Shown here: piece by piece, positions 9,616 to 17,976 of the stretch
How the letters are laid out: every line of letters begins with the position of its first letter
How positions within the stretch are numbered: position 1 is the first letter of the stretch
Source of the DNA: an uncultured Gammaproteobacteria bacterium
GTDB taxonomy: Bacteria; Pseudomonadota; Gammaproteobacteria; Pseudomonadales; JAHEGP01
Direction: 5' to 3'
DNA: 64,000 nucleotides
Assembly (NCBI GenBank): GCA_963722805.1
Contig: CAVROQ010000033.1
Location: forward strand, 198,619 to 262,618
Notes under the pieces: generated by a model
What the model saw: only the letters and a program-made list of their open reading frames with translations
Told to the model about the DNA's origin: nothing
The model's database searches: none
Position numbers and translations under genes: made by a program

Positions 9616-10221
9616 CTAGCCTTCCAGTGGAGGGTAAGCCGCAGCCGTTTGGCCTTCCGGGGTATGGGCAATGCCCCGGTGGCAGTCGATACAGGTTTTA
9701 TTCTTGTGTTCCACTGCCTGGTGATATTTTTGAGCTTTTTCTGTCTGCAACTCGAGAATAGTCTGCGACACCTCATGGCAATTGCGACACTCTGCCGAGT
9801 CGTTCGCCTTTAGCCGTGCAATCTCCCGTGCCTTCATTACCGGCGCGTGGGCGGCGTACTTTTCCGGGGTGTCGATTATGCCGGTAAAGTGACCCCACAC
9901 CTCGCGTGCGGCCTCAACCTTACGAATCATCTTGGGTATAAACGGTTGCGGAACATGGCAGTCAGAGCAGGTTGGTCGCACGCCGGTCTTATTATGAAAA
10001 TGGCTGGTACTTTCCAGCATTGCGTAGGAGTTATCGTACATTTCATGGCAGCTGGTGCAGAATGCCTCGGTGCTGGTTGCCTTCAGGCTCACTTCAAAAC
10101 CGACCGCCGACACAATGCCGATAATGATGCCCGTGCCCAGCAGGGCGGCCACTGACCAGCGCGCCGAGGGACTCATCAGTCGGCTCAAGAAGCCCTTTTT
10201 TTGATCCCCGGGATTAGTCAT
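9616..10221 (-). CDS. cymA: Membrane-anchored tetraheme quinol dehydrogenase, NapC/NirT/CymA family
   Basis: 201 aa. One N-terminal TM helix (WSVAALLGTGIIIGIVSAVGF). Four CXXCH motifs (CTSCH, CSDCH, CRNCH, CIDCH). First gene of the cytochrome operon. Confidence 0.8.
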   Translation of the reverse strand: MTNPGDQKKGFLSRLMSPSARWSVAALLGTGIIIGIVSAVGFEVSLKATSTEAFCTSCHEMYDNSYAMLESTSHFHNKTGVRPTCSDCHVPQPFIPKMIRKVEAAREVWGHFTGIIDTPEKYAAHAPVMKAREIARLKANDSAECRNCHEVSQTILELQTEKAQKYHQAVEHKNKTCIDCHRGIAHTPEGQTAAAYPPLEG

Positions 10222-10382
10222 TGTCTACCCTATGGATTAGCTTTTTTACTTGCCGCGGGCTTGCCGTGTGGGCAGTCACTTTTTGGCGCCATACGACAGT
10301 CCCGCGAACGAGGTCGCAGGGCAATGTTTCACTACCGAGCTTTTTTACAATACTGAGCCTTCACCAGCGCCTATCCGACTTA

Positions 10383-10399
10383 TGATAGTTTTACTATCA
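10383..10399. promoter_or_regulatory. Perfect 7-3-7 palindrome TGATAGT-TTT-ACTATCA upstream of the cytochrome operon (candidate operator)
   Basis: Read directly from the sequence. Lies 162-178 bp upstream of the cymA-like start codon in the 300-bp intergenic region. The arms match the Fur half-site TGATAAT at 6 of 7 positions, but the spacer is 3 nt rather than 1. Confidence 0.35.
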
Positions 10400-10522
10400 A
10401 GATGCGGTTCGCCGTCATCAATCTCTGGCCAACACTATGACACGGCTTTGGCGTCGGTAACATACCCTCCGGCTAGTTTATTTGATTTACAACAGCTTAT
10501 GGTGAGCTTAAGTCAAATTGAT

Positions 10523-11554
10523 TCAGGGCTTCGCATCTTCAGCGAGGGCATCTTCGGCAACTGGGCCGGAGCCAATCGTTGCCGGGCGCGCCGGGATAGA
10601 GCGCAGGCCACTGCCAAATACCTGCAGCAATCCCTTGGTTGCTGCGCCAATGCGGCGGTATCGCAAACCAAGCGCATAGGCATGAAAGGCATCGCCAAGA
10701 AGTTGGCGTTGCAGATAGTAGCTGCCGGCCGCGATGCATTGCCTGCCTATTCTCAGGCGCAATGCCCGCAGTTCTCGAGGTGTCAGCTGTTCGTCGTCAA
10801 AGGTTCGCAGGGTATCCAGTTTGACCACAGCGAGGCGCTGGTAATCGTATGTCAGGTTATGGTGATGCCGCCTGACTTCGGTTAGGGGGTCGTTGATAAA
10901 TGCTACCGGGGCGCGTCGGAATGCTCGCAAACAGAAATCCATATCCTCAATGAATTGACACTCGTTGCTAACCGCCACTGGATATCTGAAGCGCAGATCG
11001 GCAATAGCGCTGTGCCTGAAGAGCATGGTTTGGGTGTGGCCCGGAATCTCGGCGCACCGCAACAGCGCAGGAAATGCTTCTTCGTTGATGCGGTAGCCGC
11101 CACCGCCCAGGGTTGACCTGAGTCGCAGGAACTCAAGCTCTGGCAAGAAATAAAATTGATCCGGATAATAACTTTGGGCGGCATCAAAGCGGTCGAAATT
11201 GCTGAACACGGTGCCAATGTCCGGCTCAGAATCCAACACCGCCAGTTGCCGCCGCAGCTTCTCTGGATGCCAGCGGTCGTCGGCGTCAAGGAAAGCGATG
11301 TACTCGCCCCGGGCCCGCTCCAATCCCTCGTTGCGTGCCGCAGCAACGCCCTGATTGCGGGTGGTGATGACTTCAATGCCCCTGCCTGCGGGTCCTGCTA
11401 ATACCTCATCAGTGCCATCGCTTGATCCATCATCCACCACAATAAATTGTATATTGGGCACGTCCTGCTGCCATACACTATGGATCGCCTCTTCAATGTA
11501 TGCCACGGCGTTGTAAGCCGGAATAATGACGGTAACGCGAGGGAAAGTTGTCAT
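10523..11554 (-). CDS. Family 2 glycosyltransferase
   Basis: 343 aa. N-terminal VTVIIPAYNAVAYIEEAIHSVWQQ...FIVVDDGSSDGT and a later LDADD motif are typical of GT2. Confidence 0.8.
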   Translation of the reverse strand: MTTFPRVTVIIPAYNAVAYIEEAIHSVWQQDVPNIQFIVVDDGSSDGTDEVLAGPAGRGIEVITTRNQGVAAARNEGLERARGEYIAFLDADDRWHPEKLRRQLAVLDSEPDIGTVFSNFDRFDAAQSYYPDQFYFLPELEFLRLRSTLGGGGYRINEEAFPALLRCAEIPGHTQTMLFRHSAIADLRFRYPVAVSNECQFIEDMDFCLRAFRRAPVAFINDPLTEVRRHHHNLTYDYQRLAVVKLDTLRTFDDEQLTPRELRALRLRIGRQCIAAGSYYLQRQLLGDAFHAYALGLRYRRIGAATKGLLQVFGSGLRSIPARPATIGSGPVAEDALAEDAKP

Positions 11555-11652
11555 TTCCAGGTTGCTTTGCTGTTAGTTTTAGTCACAGCTTCCAGAGTAA
11601 AGGACTAAGGCCCAATGGCCAAGCTTTTGAAAGACTAAATTGTTGACATAGG

Positions 11653-13644
11653 TCATTCGATAACGCGTATTTTCTCGGCAACCAATTCGGCTACATCGTA
11701 GACTTTTCGCGACTCACTGTGCCTGCTCGCGCTGGACGTTAACATCAGGTTGCAGAAAGAACATGAGGTGGCAATTTTGTCGGCTCCGGTGTCAAACGCT
11801 TCCTGTACCCTAACGTCGCTGATATGAGCGGTACCACCCTGGCCCCCCCAGTAGTTGCCGCCGCCGGCGCCGCAACAAAAGCTGTTTTCTTTGTTGCGTG
11901 GCATTTCTATCAGCTTGCCGACTGCGGCTACCAGCTTGCGCGGCGCATCCACAATGCCATTGTGCCGCGCCAGGTAGCAGGGGTCGTGAAAGGTAATCTT
12001 GTCGCCCTCATCAAAGGCTATGCTGAGGGCGCCCTCCTCTATCAGCTGATCGATAAATACCGAATGGGGAATGGTCTGCCAATCGGCGCCAAGCTCCGGG
12101 TAATAGCGATCAAAACTGTTGTAGCAATGGGCGCATACGGTCAACACTTTTTGTATCTGCTGCTCGCGAAACTGCTCGATGTTGGCTTCGGCAGTTTCGA
12201 CGAACTGCATTTCGTTGCCCATCATCTTGGCCGGGTCGCCGGTGCAGCGGGCCTCCTCCAGAATGCCATAGGAAACCCCTGCTGCATTGAGTATTTTGAC
12301 CATGGCGCGGGCAATTTCCTGGGTTCGCTCTTCGTAGATTACCGAGCAGCCAATCCACAGCAGGTACTCAGTATTGCCGGCTTGAAAAAACGGTACATCA
12401 AGGCCCTTGCGCCAGTCATCGGGATTGGCGCTGGTACCCACAAAGGGGTGGCCGCGGTTTTCCAGGTTGCGGTTGGCGGCCGCCATGGTGTCTGGCATTT
12501 GCGCCAGGTCCATCACATAGTGGCGACGAAACTCAACAATAATCTCGGCCGGATTGTTGCTTACCGGGCAGGCCTCGACACAGGCGGCGCAGGTGGTGCA
12601 GTTGAACATGGCCTCCATGCCAAGTACCTGTAGCAGCGAGTCGTCGTCAAACCTTTCCTGCTCCAGGTATTCGGCGCAGTTTGCCATGACTGTTTTGGGC
12701 GAGAGGTCCTTCCCGGTCTGCGCTGCCGGGCACACCTCGTAGCAGCGACCACACCATAGGCAGGCCGACGCATCCAGCAGGTTTTTCTGGGTCAGCTCGG
12801 CGAGCTTGCTGGCGCCAAACACGGGTTCTTGGTCCGACTCATCATCGTCGTCAAACTCGAAGCTTATCGGAGGCAGGTTGATGCCGTCGCGACGATGGGC
12901 AAAGGCTGCGTTGGCTGGCCCCAACAGCATGTGGGAAAAAGCGCTGTGGGCAATCAGGGCAATAAATCCGCAACCCATCAGGCCGTGTATCCACCACATA
13001 ATCTGGAAGCCGAGAATCGAGCCTTGCTCAGTGAAGGCCCCCTGCAGGCCGGCAGCTAGGGTATTGCCAATAAACTCGGCATTGTCGCCCGAGGGTTCAA
13101 ATGCCAGCCGGAAGCCCTCGGTGATATAGCCGGCAATGACAATGAGTAGCAGCGCGATCTCGCCATGTTCAAAGCCATGCCGGGTTTTACCACCGGCGGT
13201 GAGCCGCTCTGGTGGTGACAGGCGACGCAACAGAAAGAACGCGACCCCGGTAAACAGCATAATGCCGCCCAGCTCGCGGCCGAGCTTGACAAACAGGTAA
13301 GCAAACCAGCCTTCGTAAACGTCAATGCCGACAAAGCTGAAAGCGAATACCGCGTGACCAAATATCAGTAGCAAAGCACCAATAAACATAATGCCGTGGA
13401 AGCTGCCTGCAACCGGCCGCTGCAACAGCCGCTCGGTCATCAGTCCGCGCAGGACAAAAGTTTTCAGGTTGAAGTGCCTGGCCAGGGAAGCTCTGGTGAC
13501 GCTGCCGTCCGGGTTAAACCAGGGTTTGCCACGGGAAATTCGTTGCCAGTAACGTTGCAGTCCCAGCCAGAGGCTGGCAAACGCGCCGACCAGCAGCAGG
13601 CCAAGCAACACGTAGCTCAGCGTTGATATGCTATCCATGGACAA
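11653..13644 (-). CDS. Membrane-bound FeS oxidoreductase (NarI-like TM domain + 2x[4Fe-4S] + CCG domains), candidate ETF:quinone oxidoreductase
   Basis: 663 aa. About 5-6 N-terminal TM helices. Ferredoxin motifs CLWCGRCYEVCP and CTTCAACVEACP. HdrD/GlpC-type cysteine-rich motifs (HDPCYL..., FCCGAGGG). Downstream of etfA in the same orientation. Confidence 0.75.
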   Translation of the reverse strand: MSMDSISTLSYVLLGLLLVGAFASLWLGLQRYWQRISRGKPWFNPDGSVTRASLARHFNLKTFVLRGLMTERLLQRPVAGSFHGIMFIGALLLIFGHAVFAFSFVGIDVYEGWFAYLFVKLGRELGGIMLFTGVAFFLLRRLSPPERLTAGGKTRHGFEHGEIALLLIVIAGYITEGFRLAFEPSGDNAEFIGNTLAAGLQGAFTEQGSILGFQIMWWIHGLMGCGFIALIAHSAFSHMLLGPANAAFAHRRDGINLPPISFEFDDDDESDQEPVFGASKLAELTQKNLLDASACLWCGRCYEVCPAAQTGKDLSPKTVMANCAEYLEQERFDDDSLLQVLGMEAMFNCTTCAACVEACPVSNNPAEIIVEFRRHYVMDLAQMPDTMAAANRNLENRGHPFVGTSANPDDWRKGLDVPFFQAGNTEYLLWIGCSVIYEERTQEIARAMVKILNAAGVSYGILEEARCTGDPAKMMGNEMQFVETAEANIEQFREQQIQKVLTVCAHCYNSFDRYYPELGADWQTIPHSVFIDQLIEEGALSIAFDEGDKITFHDPCYLARHNGIVDAPRKLVAAVGKLIEMPRNKENSFCCGAGGGNYWGGQGGTAHISDVRVQEAFDTGADKIATSCSFCNLMLTSSASRHSESRKVYDVAELVAEKIRVIE

Positions 13645-13740
13645 CCCCGATCTGTGGCCGATAGTCGACCATTGTTACTGGTCTCGCTGCTGGTGTGCAC
13701 CGGCTTCTGACGTCGCTCATCGATGGCGACGGCAGAGCCT

Positions 13741-14934
13741 TTACCGCTTCAATATGGCAGCAGTCGCGTTGCCACCCAGCCCGAGGGTCTGGGCCAATCC
13801 TACCCTGGCGTTGGGTACCTGGCGTCCGCCTGCCTCGCCGCGTAATTGCCAGGTAAGTTCGGCAATCTGGAAGACACCCATGGCGGTGGTGGCTTCGCCG
13901 AAGGAAACGAACCCGCCGGATGGATTGATGGGCATGCGGCCAGTGGGTGCGGTTGCGCCAGACTCCAGCAATGATTCCGACTCTCCGGCACTGCACAGGC
14001 CCCATTCTTCGGGAAATGCCAGCTCGTAGTAACAGGTGTTGTCCTGGAGCTCGGTCAGGCTGATGTCCCCCGGCCCTATGCCAGCCTGCTCAAATGCTCG
14101 GGTAACGGCGAGTTGGGCTTCGGTGTGCAGGTTGGGGCATTGGGTGATCGGGTCGGCGAGGCTGCGCGGCAGCATATCGTCAAAGGTCATGGTGGCGACA
14201 GTGCTGCTTGCCACGGTAATCGGCTTGCCGGTGAACTGGCGCGCTTTTTCCTTTGAGCATACTACCGCCGCAGCTGCACCGTTAGAAACCGGGCATATCT
14301 GGAACAAGCGCAGGGGGTTGCTGACATAGGGTGACTGCATTACCTGCTCGAGGGATATTTCCTTTTGAAAACGAGCGTAGGGATTGTGGACCGAATTTTT
14401 GCGTGCTTTTACTGCTACCTGGGAAAATTGCTCTTCCGTAGTGCCGTGCTCGTACATGCGTCGACGGGCCAGGGTTGACCAGAACGAAGGACCCGGCATG
14501 CCGACACAGCGCTGTCGCAAAAACTCTGGATCGGTGGTTTCTTCAAGGCCTGAAGTCTGGATCATACCTTTGGGCATGACCTCTCCACCAACCACCAACA
14601 CCATATCGTAAACGCCGCCGGCGACCAGAGCATAGCCAATATTGAAGGCATTGCCACCGGCGGCGCAGCCGGCTGAGAGGTTGTACACCGGAATGCCGGT
14701 GGAGCCCATGTCTTCGACCACATCATTGCCATTGAGACCCCAGCCCTTGCCGCCGGAAAATCGTGAGCTGGCCGCAGAAACAGCCTGGATATGCTTCCAG
14801 CTGACGCCGGCATCTGCGAGGGCGGCGTCTACCGCGTGGCGACACAGGGCCTTGACAGACTTGTGGCCAACGATATTGTCGCCGGTCTTGCCAAAGCGGT
14901 GCATGCCCACGCCCAATACCGCAACTTCACGCAT
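13741..14934 (-). CDS. Thiolase-like protein, SCP-x/nonspecific lipid-transfer type
   Basis: 397 aa. N-terminal REVAVLGVGMHRFGK and C-terminal GGNATAAILKR are typical of DUF35-associated thiolases. Starts 4 bp after the DUF35 gene. Confidence 0.8.
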   Translation of the reverse strand: MREVAVLGVGMHRFGKTGDNIVGHKSVKALCRHAVDAALADAGVSWKHIQAVSAASSRFSGGKGWGLNGNDVVEDMGSTGIPVYNLSAGCAAGGNAFNIGYALVAGGVYDMVLVVGGEVMPKGMIQTSGLEETTDPEFLRQRCVGMPGPSFWSTLARRRMYEHGTTEEQFSQVAVKARKNSVHNPYARFQKEISLEQVMQSPYVSNPLRLFQICPVSNGAAAAVVCSKEKARQFTGKPITVASSTVATMTFDDMLPRSLADPITQCPNLHTEAQLAVTRAFEQAGIGPGDISLTELQDNTCYYELAFPEEWGLCSAGESESLLESGATAPTGRMPINPSGGFVSFGEATTAMGVFQIAELTWQLRGEAGGRQVPNARVGLAQTLGLGGNATAAILKR

Positions 14935-14937
14935 CCG

Positions 14938-15381
14938 TTAGCTCCCGTCGCTTGCCATTTGTTTAAACTTCCAGGTGGTGAACGCACTGTCACCCTCGTG
15001 ATACAGGGTGTCGATAAGCAGTTCTACCGTGGCGCCCACGCTTACGCAGTCGGGTTTGTCGACCATCTGCCCGATCAGCCGCAGGCCGCATTCGAGGTCA
15101 ACGACGCCCATTGCATAAGGCGTAAAAGGCTCATCGTACTTGTGTGGAGGTGGAGGCGGAAAGTCGGCTACCGCATAGCTCCAGAGCACGCCACGACCGC
15201 CAAAATCGCAGTCTTGCATATTCGGTTTGACGCAGTCCGGGTTATGACAGAAATCAGCGCGCGGAAAATAGGGCGTGTTGCAACCGGCGCACCTGGAACC
15301 ATGCAGCCTGGCGCCGTCGCTCTCTGAAAACAGCCCGTCGATGCAGGGTTGGCGCCCCTGTGGTGCAGTGGATTCCGACAT
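14938..15381 (-). CDS. DUF35 OB-fold/zinc-ribbon protein (BbsA/ChsH2-C-like thiolase partner)
   Basis: 147 aa. Zn-ribbon CAGCNTPYFPRADFCHNPDC followed by an OB-fold-like segment. Paired with the thiolase gene. Confidence 0.75.
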   Translation of the reverse strand: MSESTAPQGRQPCIDGLFSESDGARLHGSRCAGCNTPYFPRADFCHNPDCVKPNMQDCDFGGRGVLWSYAVADFPPPPPHKYDEPFTPYAMGVVDLECGLRLIGQMVDKPDCVSVGATVELLIDTLYHEGDSAFTTWKFKQMASDGS

Positions 15382-15395
15382 GAAAATGGCTCCTT

Positions 15396-16370
15396 TTACG
15401 CTGTCGCTTGTTTCACCAACTCGGGCAATATTTCGACGCAGTCACCGACAATCCCATAGCGGGCATAGCGATAGATGGCGGCGTCGGGATCCTTGTTGAT
15501 GGCAACGATAGTTTCGGCGGCGGAACACCCTGCCATGTGCTGGCTGGCACCAGAAATACCTGCGGCAATGTAGAGGCCGGGGCGGGTAATTTTGCCGGTC
15601 AGGCCTACCTGGCGTGACGAATCGATCCAGCCGTCGTCGACAATTGCTCTGGATGCGCCGTGCATGCCACCCAGGGCCATCGCCAGTTGCTCTACCAGCC
15701 GGTAATTCTCCGCCGCGCCAAGGCCGCGCCCGCCAGCGACAATAATGTCGGCGTCTTCCAGTCTTGGGCCATCGGCGCTGGCCGCAGAAGTCACCGTGAA
15801 ACGTTCTTCGGTCTGCTCCAGATCTACCACGACCGAACGCGCCTGCGGCGCAGGAGTTGCGGCAGCCATCGCTGCGCCAGCCATCGCTGCGCCAGCCGGC
15901 GCTGCGGAGACCAGCGAAATAACATTGACCGCTGCGCCGAGGCGGTAAACAGCGTGAGTGTCGCCACCGTATGCGCTGGCGGTAACCAGGAGGGCGTCGC
16001 CATCGCGCTTCAGGTCAAACACATTCATGCTAACGGGTATGTTAAGCCGTCCTGCCAGTCGCGGTGCGATCAGTCGGGTGCTTGGGCTCTGGTTGAACAG
16101 CACCGTGGCCGGCGAATACTGCTGGCAGTATTGTGCCAGTGCTGCCACCATTTTGTCGGAGCCAAAGTCGACAAGGTCCGGGTGTTCGATGGTGTCGAGG
16201 TTCGCAACGCCGCAGCGTGCCGCCATTTCCTGTGCTGCCGCGGACAAGGCACCAATCACCAACCAGCTCAGTTCGGCGCCGATCGACTGACTGTAAGCCA
16301 GTGCCAGGCTGAGTGACTCTTCGGTTCCGGCCTCGATAGTGTCACCCCAGGAGCAGAGTACAACGGTCAT
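15396..16370 (-). CDS. etfA: Electron transfer flavoprotein alpha subunit
   Basis: 324 aa. C-terminal FAD-binding signature VGLTGKITRPGLYIAAGISGASQHMAGC. No etfB gene is adjacent. Confidence 0.85.
   Translation of the reverse strand: MTVVLCSWGDTIEAGTEESLSLALAYSQSIGAELSWLVIGALSAAAQEMAARCGVANLDTIEHPDLVDFGSDKMVAALAQYCQQYSPATVLFNQSPSTRLIAPRLAGRLNIPVSMNVFDLKRDGDALLVTASAYGGDTHAVYRLGAAVNVISLVSAAPAGAAMAGAAMAAATPAPQARSVVVDLEQTEERFTVTSAASADGPRLEDADIIVAGGRGLGAAENYRLVEQLAMALGGMHGASRAIVDDGWIDSSRQVGLTGKITRPGLYIAAGISGASQHMAGCSAAETIVAINKDPDAAIYRYARYGIVGDCVEILPELVKQATA
15865..15906. repeat. In-frame 15-bp tandem duplication (about 2.8 copies) in the EtfA inter-domain linker
   Basis: GCCATCGCTGCGCCA repeated at 15865 and 15880, with a degenerate third copy. 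Encodes AGAAMAGAAMAAA. Confidence 0.7.
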
Positions 16371-16457
16371 AGTGTGACTTCCTTCAATCTGTTGCAGGCG
16401 GTAGAACTGCAGAGAAGTTCAACAACCTGTCAGGGTGCGTACCTGTGTTTTCAAAAG

Positions 16458-16529
16458 AGTCTACTGGCAATGGCTGGACGCCTCCATCCGTGCTGGCATC
16501 AAATGCGGCCTTTGCCATCTCAAATTTGG
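16458..16529 (-). promoter_or_regulatory. Conserved promoter module, copy C: 33-bp motif, 33-bp spacer, TAGACT. Drives the etfA operon
   Basis: Minus strand reads CCAAATTTGAGATGGCAAAGGCCGCATTTGATG-N33-TAGACT. TAGACT lies 93 nt upstream of the etfA ATG. Spacing is identical to the copies at 17797 and 48297. Confidence 0.65.
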
Positions 16530-16709
16530 ACAGTAATATACCCGGCCATTGCTCCATGGGGCGGCTCGTTGGATGATGGGGGCAGTGTTCAATTTGCCCC
16601 TGTTCGGGAGGCTACCCGGGTGGCGTTTGCAGCGTGTTTACAGCTGGCGTTACTATACGGCTGCTCACTTTTGATCACCCACAAAACCCTATATAAAGAG
16701 GCGTGAAAG

Positions 16710-17678
16710 ATGGCGGACCAGGATTATTTCGTGGCACTTACCGAGTGTCATTTTATGAACCCCCAGACGATGTCGGAGATTGACTATTATCCCAATGTGC
16801 AGCGTTGGTGGGGCAGTGTAGATGGTGTGATGCGAGCGTGGTCCGGGCGTGATTTGCAGGGCGAGTGGCCGCATCCCATTGCTTCCGAATTAATCAAATA
16901 TATGGACATTGCCGGGGTCGATGTCACGTTTTGCCTGCGTGAGTCGATGCTGGATGTCACTGGTGGTGTCGTATCCTTGTCTACTAACGGATTCATGATG
17001 CAGCAAATCGAGCCCTATCCTGGTCGCATGTATCTCGAGGCCAATTGCGGCCCGGTTATCAAACGCGGTATCGAAGAGGCCAATTGGGAGCTTGAATACC
17101 TGGTCAAGGAGCGTGGTGCCAAGCTCTGCAAAGTCTACGCCCCGGAAGATGACGGCCCGCTCAACGATCGGCGGATGTGGCCATTTTATGAAAAGGCCTG
17201 CGAGTTGGGTGTACCGCTTACTGTTCATACCGGCCACAGCTATGTGGTGCCGCAGCCGGGCTCGTACTGTGATGTGCGGCAATTGGATGACATTTTGCTG
17301 GATTTTCCGGAGCTGCAGATTATTGCCTACCATGCGGGATGGCCGGATACCGAGCATTTGATTGGCCTGTGCGGCAAACATCGCAATTTGTATATGAGTT
17401 TGTCGGGTGTCATTGGTTGGTACGAGCGGGCTCCGTACCGGGGGTATCACGCGATAGGAACGGCGTTGCAGTGGATGCCTTCAGAGAAGATAGTGTTGGG
17501 CCTGGACTTGCCTTTCGATGATACCAAGCGGGTGGTGGACTATATTCGCAACCTGGACATGCCGGAGGAGCTTCAGGAAAAGTGGGGTTACCAGCAGCTG
17601 AGCAATAGTGACAAGGCCAATATCCTGGGCTTGAATCTGGCGCGGCTTACCGGCATTGAGCCCACCAAACGGGTATAG
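16710..17678 (+). CDS. Amidohydrolase-2 family metal-dependent hydrolase/decarboxylase (TIM barrel)
   Basis: 322 aa. LTVHTGH and IIAYHAGWP metal-ligand-like blocks. C-terminal NILGLNLARL is typical of PF04909-type proteins. Confidence 0.7.
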   Translation: MADQDYFVALTECHFMNPQTMSEIDYYPNVQRWWGSVDGVMRAWSGRDLQGEWPHPIASELIKYMDIAGVDVTFCLRESMLDVTGGVVSLSTNGFMMQQIEPYPGRMYLEANCGPVIKRGIEEANWELEYLVKERGAKLCKVYAPEDDGPLNDRRMWPFYEKACELGVPLTVHTGHSYVVPQPGSYCDVRQLDDILLDFPELQIIAYHAGWPDTEHLIGLCGKHRNLYMSLSGVIGWYERAPYRGYHAIGTALQWMPSEKIVLGLDLPFDDTKRVVDYIRNLDMPEELQEKWGYQQLSNSDKANILGLNLARLTGIEPTKRV

Positions 17679-17796
17679 CAAAGCTGCAGTTGAGCGGGCA
17701 ATCCGGCAGGGTTTTGGCAATCGTCTTGCCGGCCGCTGACATAAAGCGCTACAGCGGCAACGCCAGCATGAGTGCGTCAGCTAAAAGCGGTGGCGG

Positions 17797-17868
17797 CCAA
17801 ATTTGAGACGCTATAGGCCGCATTTGATGTTTGTCGTGCTAGAGGCACAAAAAATTTGTCTTTAGACT
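17797..17868 (+). promoter_or_regulatory. Conserved promoter module, copy A: 33-bp motif, 33-bp spacer, TAGACT. Drives the small-ORF/acyl-CoA ligase operon
   Basis: CCAAATTTGAGACGCTATAGGCCGCATTTGATG-N33-TAGACT. TAGACT lies 114 nt upstream of ATG 17977. Confidence 0.65.
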
Positions 17869-17976
17869 GCGTTGTAAGCAGGGCATGGGGTGCGAACGGA
17901 ACTGACAGTTCCTGTCCGACGACAATAGTGATCAGGTCCCGTTACAGACGAGCGGGCAGGCATAAGGTGAAAGCGT

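Noticed and set aside
10383-10399. FNR/CRP-type box interpretation of the palindrome
   Set aside because: TGAT and ATCA are 9 nt apart rather than in the TTGAT-N4-ATCAA geometry. There are also no TGTGA/TCACA arms.
10250-10885. 211-aa plus-strand ORF spanning the cymA-GT2 intergenic region
   Set aside because: Its second half is antisense to the GT2 gene and its first half lies in the AT-richer promoter region. There are no motifs or RBS.
17840-17860. Sigma-54 type promoter (GGCAC-N-TTTG) downstream of motif copy A
   Set aside because: GG and GC are not at the required 10-nt spacing. The element is also not conserved in the other two copies.
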